Below are positions 62,701 through 64,000 of a DNA stretch of 64,000 nucleotides, piece by piece (position 1 is the first letter of the stretch; each line of letters opens with the position of its first letter). Source of the DNA: Asterias rubens (lineage: Eukaryota); the NCBI RefSeq assembly GCF_902459465.1, contig NC_047071.1, positions 19,096,001-19,160,000 of the forward strand, in the 5' to 3' direction. A program made the position numbers and the translations under genes. The notes beneath the pieces were generated by a model. It was given only the letters and a program-made list of their open reading frames with translations. It made no database searches and was not told the DNA's origin.

Positions 62701-63969
62701 CACCATCATTGCCAACTGATTTTGCACACAAGACGACTCAAATTAACACGCTAGGGAAGGTTTACATTAATTTGGTAGTTACTCATCATCGAAATAAAAA
62801 CTTAGTACTTGGTTAGAACATGGAGGAAGGAAAAACGTATGTCTTCTTATGGTCAGAAGTGTGAATTATTCCTTTATCGTACCCAGGAAACGATGGTTTG
62901 TGATGGTCATAAAAATTACACACAGGTCTGTCATCTAGGTGGTGCTATAATATTTATGGACGTTTAACAATGTTTGTTTTTCACAGATGGAAAGGCGAAA
63001 ATGTTGCCACCACTGAGGTCGCACATGTCATGAACGCATTCCCCGGTATCTTAGAGTCTAACGTCTATGGTGTTCAAGTGCCAGGTTAGTTGAATAATTA
63101 TTTCAGGTAATTTTATATTCTTTAAATTCATGCCAAATATTATTATTTCTGATACTAGAAACTGCTTATCACAGTTATTCGAAAGTTTCTCTGTCACCAC
63201 CATTGTTATGGTACTACCTGTATAGTTCAAACTAATATCTGGTAAAAAAAATTGTACATAACAACCGACCGATCACAGAGTTTAAGAACAATGCTAAATC
63301 ACCACTTATTGATTGGTTTGCTCCGGGTTTTTGTCTGTCCATATTTGTTATGAAAGATTTTCAGGGTTTGCCCTTAACTGTTTTCAGTTAGCTTGTCATG
63401 TAAAAGCCCGTCAGCTTATTCACTAGTCTTCGGATACGAAACTTAACTCATCCTAAGTCCTAAGATTAGTTAGGAAGAGTTAGGAAGAAGTTCGGTGAAA
63501 TCGACGGCTGGTTTCAAAATTAAAAAGAGATGCTTTTCGACACTGAACTTACCAGCCGGACCACTTTATGAGAATTCTGACTTGTTCTCGGATGTTTTAG
63601 AACGTCATTTTGGCAGCAGAACACTGGAAAGAACGCTGATTTTCTTTGAAATCTTCAACAGGTCAAGAAGGAAGAGCCGGCATGGCAGCGGTGGTGTTAA
63701 ACAAAGGTGTCAACCTCAACCTCAAAGGTCTGTTCGAACACATGACGTCAGCACTACCAATCTACGCATGTCCGAAGTTCCTGCGAATGACGGACGAGAT
63801 ATCGACAACTACGACCTTCAAACACACAAAGACGTCACTCGTCAAGGAAGGGTTTGACATCAACCTCGTTTCGGATCCACTCTACTTCCTGGATGTAGCA
63901 GAGAAGACTTACGTGGTGCTGGATGACAGTGTCTTAAGACGGATTGTTGCTGGACAAGCGAGGTTGTGA
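55750..63969 (+). CDS. SLC27A2-like: Very-long-chain acyl-CoA synthetase / FATP (SLC27A family), paralogue B; exons 55750-56257, 58157-58375, 59493-59654, 60214-60335, 60716-60916, 61576-61669, 62492-62690, 62987-63084, 63662-63969 (636 aa)
   Basis: [14 protein letters not shown]; TLPLYHS; [10 protein letters not shown]; YGATE; YFNTGDL...[22 protein letters not shown]; EGRAGMA; ends ...GQARL*. Phases are consistent (1911 nt). Confidence 0.96.
56555..56808. repeat. Fold-back element interrupted by an (ATT)n-tailed fragment
   Basis: CAGTTATATGCAACGCATAACCATTTTC is mirrored at about 56770-56803; inner hairpin at 56707-56770; (ATT)n at 56652-56704. Confidence 0.65.
57620..57983. mobile_element. 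Degenerate family A MITE (reverse orientation)
   Basis: Family A interior; ends GTGTCCAGTGCCT. Confidence 0.7.
58685..59257. mobile_element. Kolobok-type MITE (family E) with a long internal hairpin
   Basis: TTAA|AGTCACCTGGAA ... TTCCAGGTGACT|TTAA; internal arms GACGTCAATCGAGGCAGACTTTGCCTG are mirrored. Confidence 0.8.
59686..59788. mobile_element. Short hairpin MITE
   Basis: GCTAGGTGGCAGCAGACT ... AGTCTGCTGCCACCTAGC. Confidence 0.7.
61993..62306. mobile_element. Degenerate family A MITE
   Basis: AGGCACTGGAAACTATCAGTAATT ... GTGTCCAGTGCCT, with family A interior. Confidence 0.65.
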
Positions 63970-64000
63970 ATCTTTTAAAATGTGAACCAATTTCATGGAG

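Overview
This is intron-rich, AT-rich animal genomic DNA, inferred to be from a marine invertebrate deuterostome (echinoderm-like; the organism is not proven). I assembled gene models by hand from GT-AG sites and checked the exon phases. In order, the window holds: the 3' end of a UACA/RAI14/ANKRD24-family gene (+); CLPX (-, 10 coding exons, 627 aa) head-to-head with POLR3G/RPC7 (+, 6 exons, 223 aa); a tandem array of three small NTF2/SnoaL-like (DUF4440-type) genes (+; two intact, one broken by an internal deletion); and two divergently transcribed SLC27A/FATP very-long-chain acyl-CoA synthetases (- 634 aa; + 636 aa, ending in the PTS1-like tripeptide ARL). Introns and intergenic DNA are packed with non-autonomous DNA transposons. 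These include several TTAA-flanked Kolobok-type families, TAG...CTA elements with 9-bp TSDs, elements with 8-bp TSDs and an internally deleted hAT. There are also tRNA-derived SINEs, a probable solo LTR, a 473-bp tandem array and large palindromes. The most striking signal is the NTF2-like family: copies 1 and 2 are nearly identical at synonymous and intronic sites but only about 40% identical in protein over exon 3, and the array abuts the acyl-CoA synthetase pair. Most short ORFs in the supplied track are antisense shadows or repeat-derived noise.
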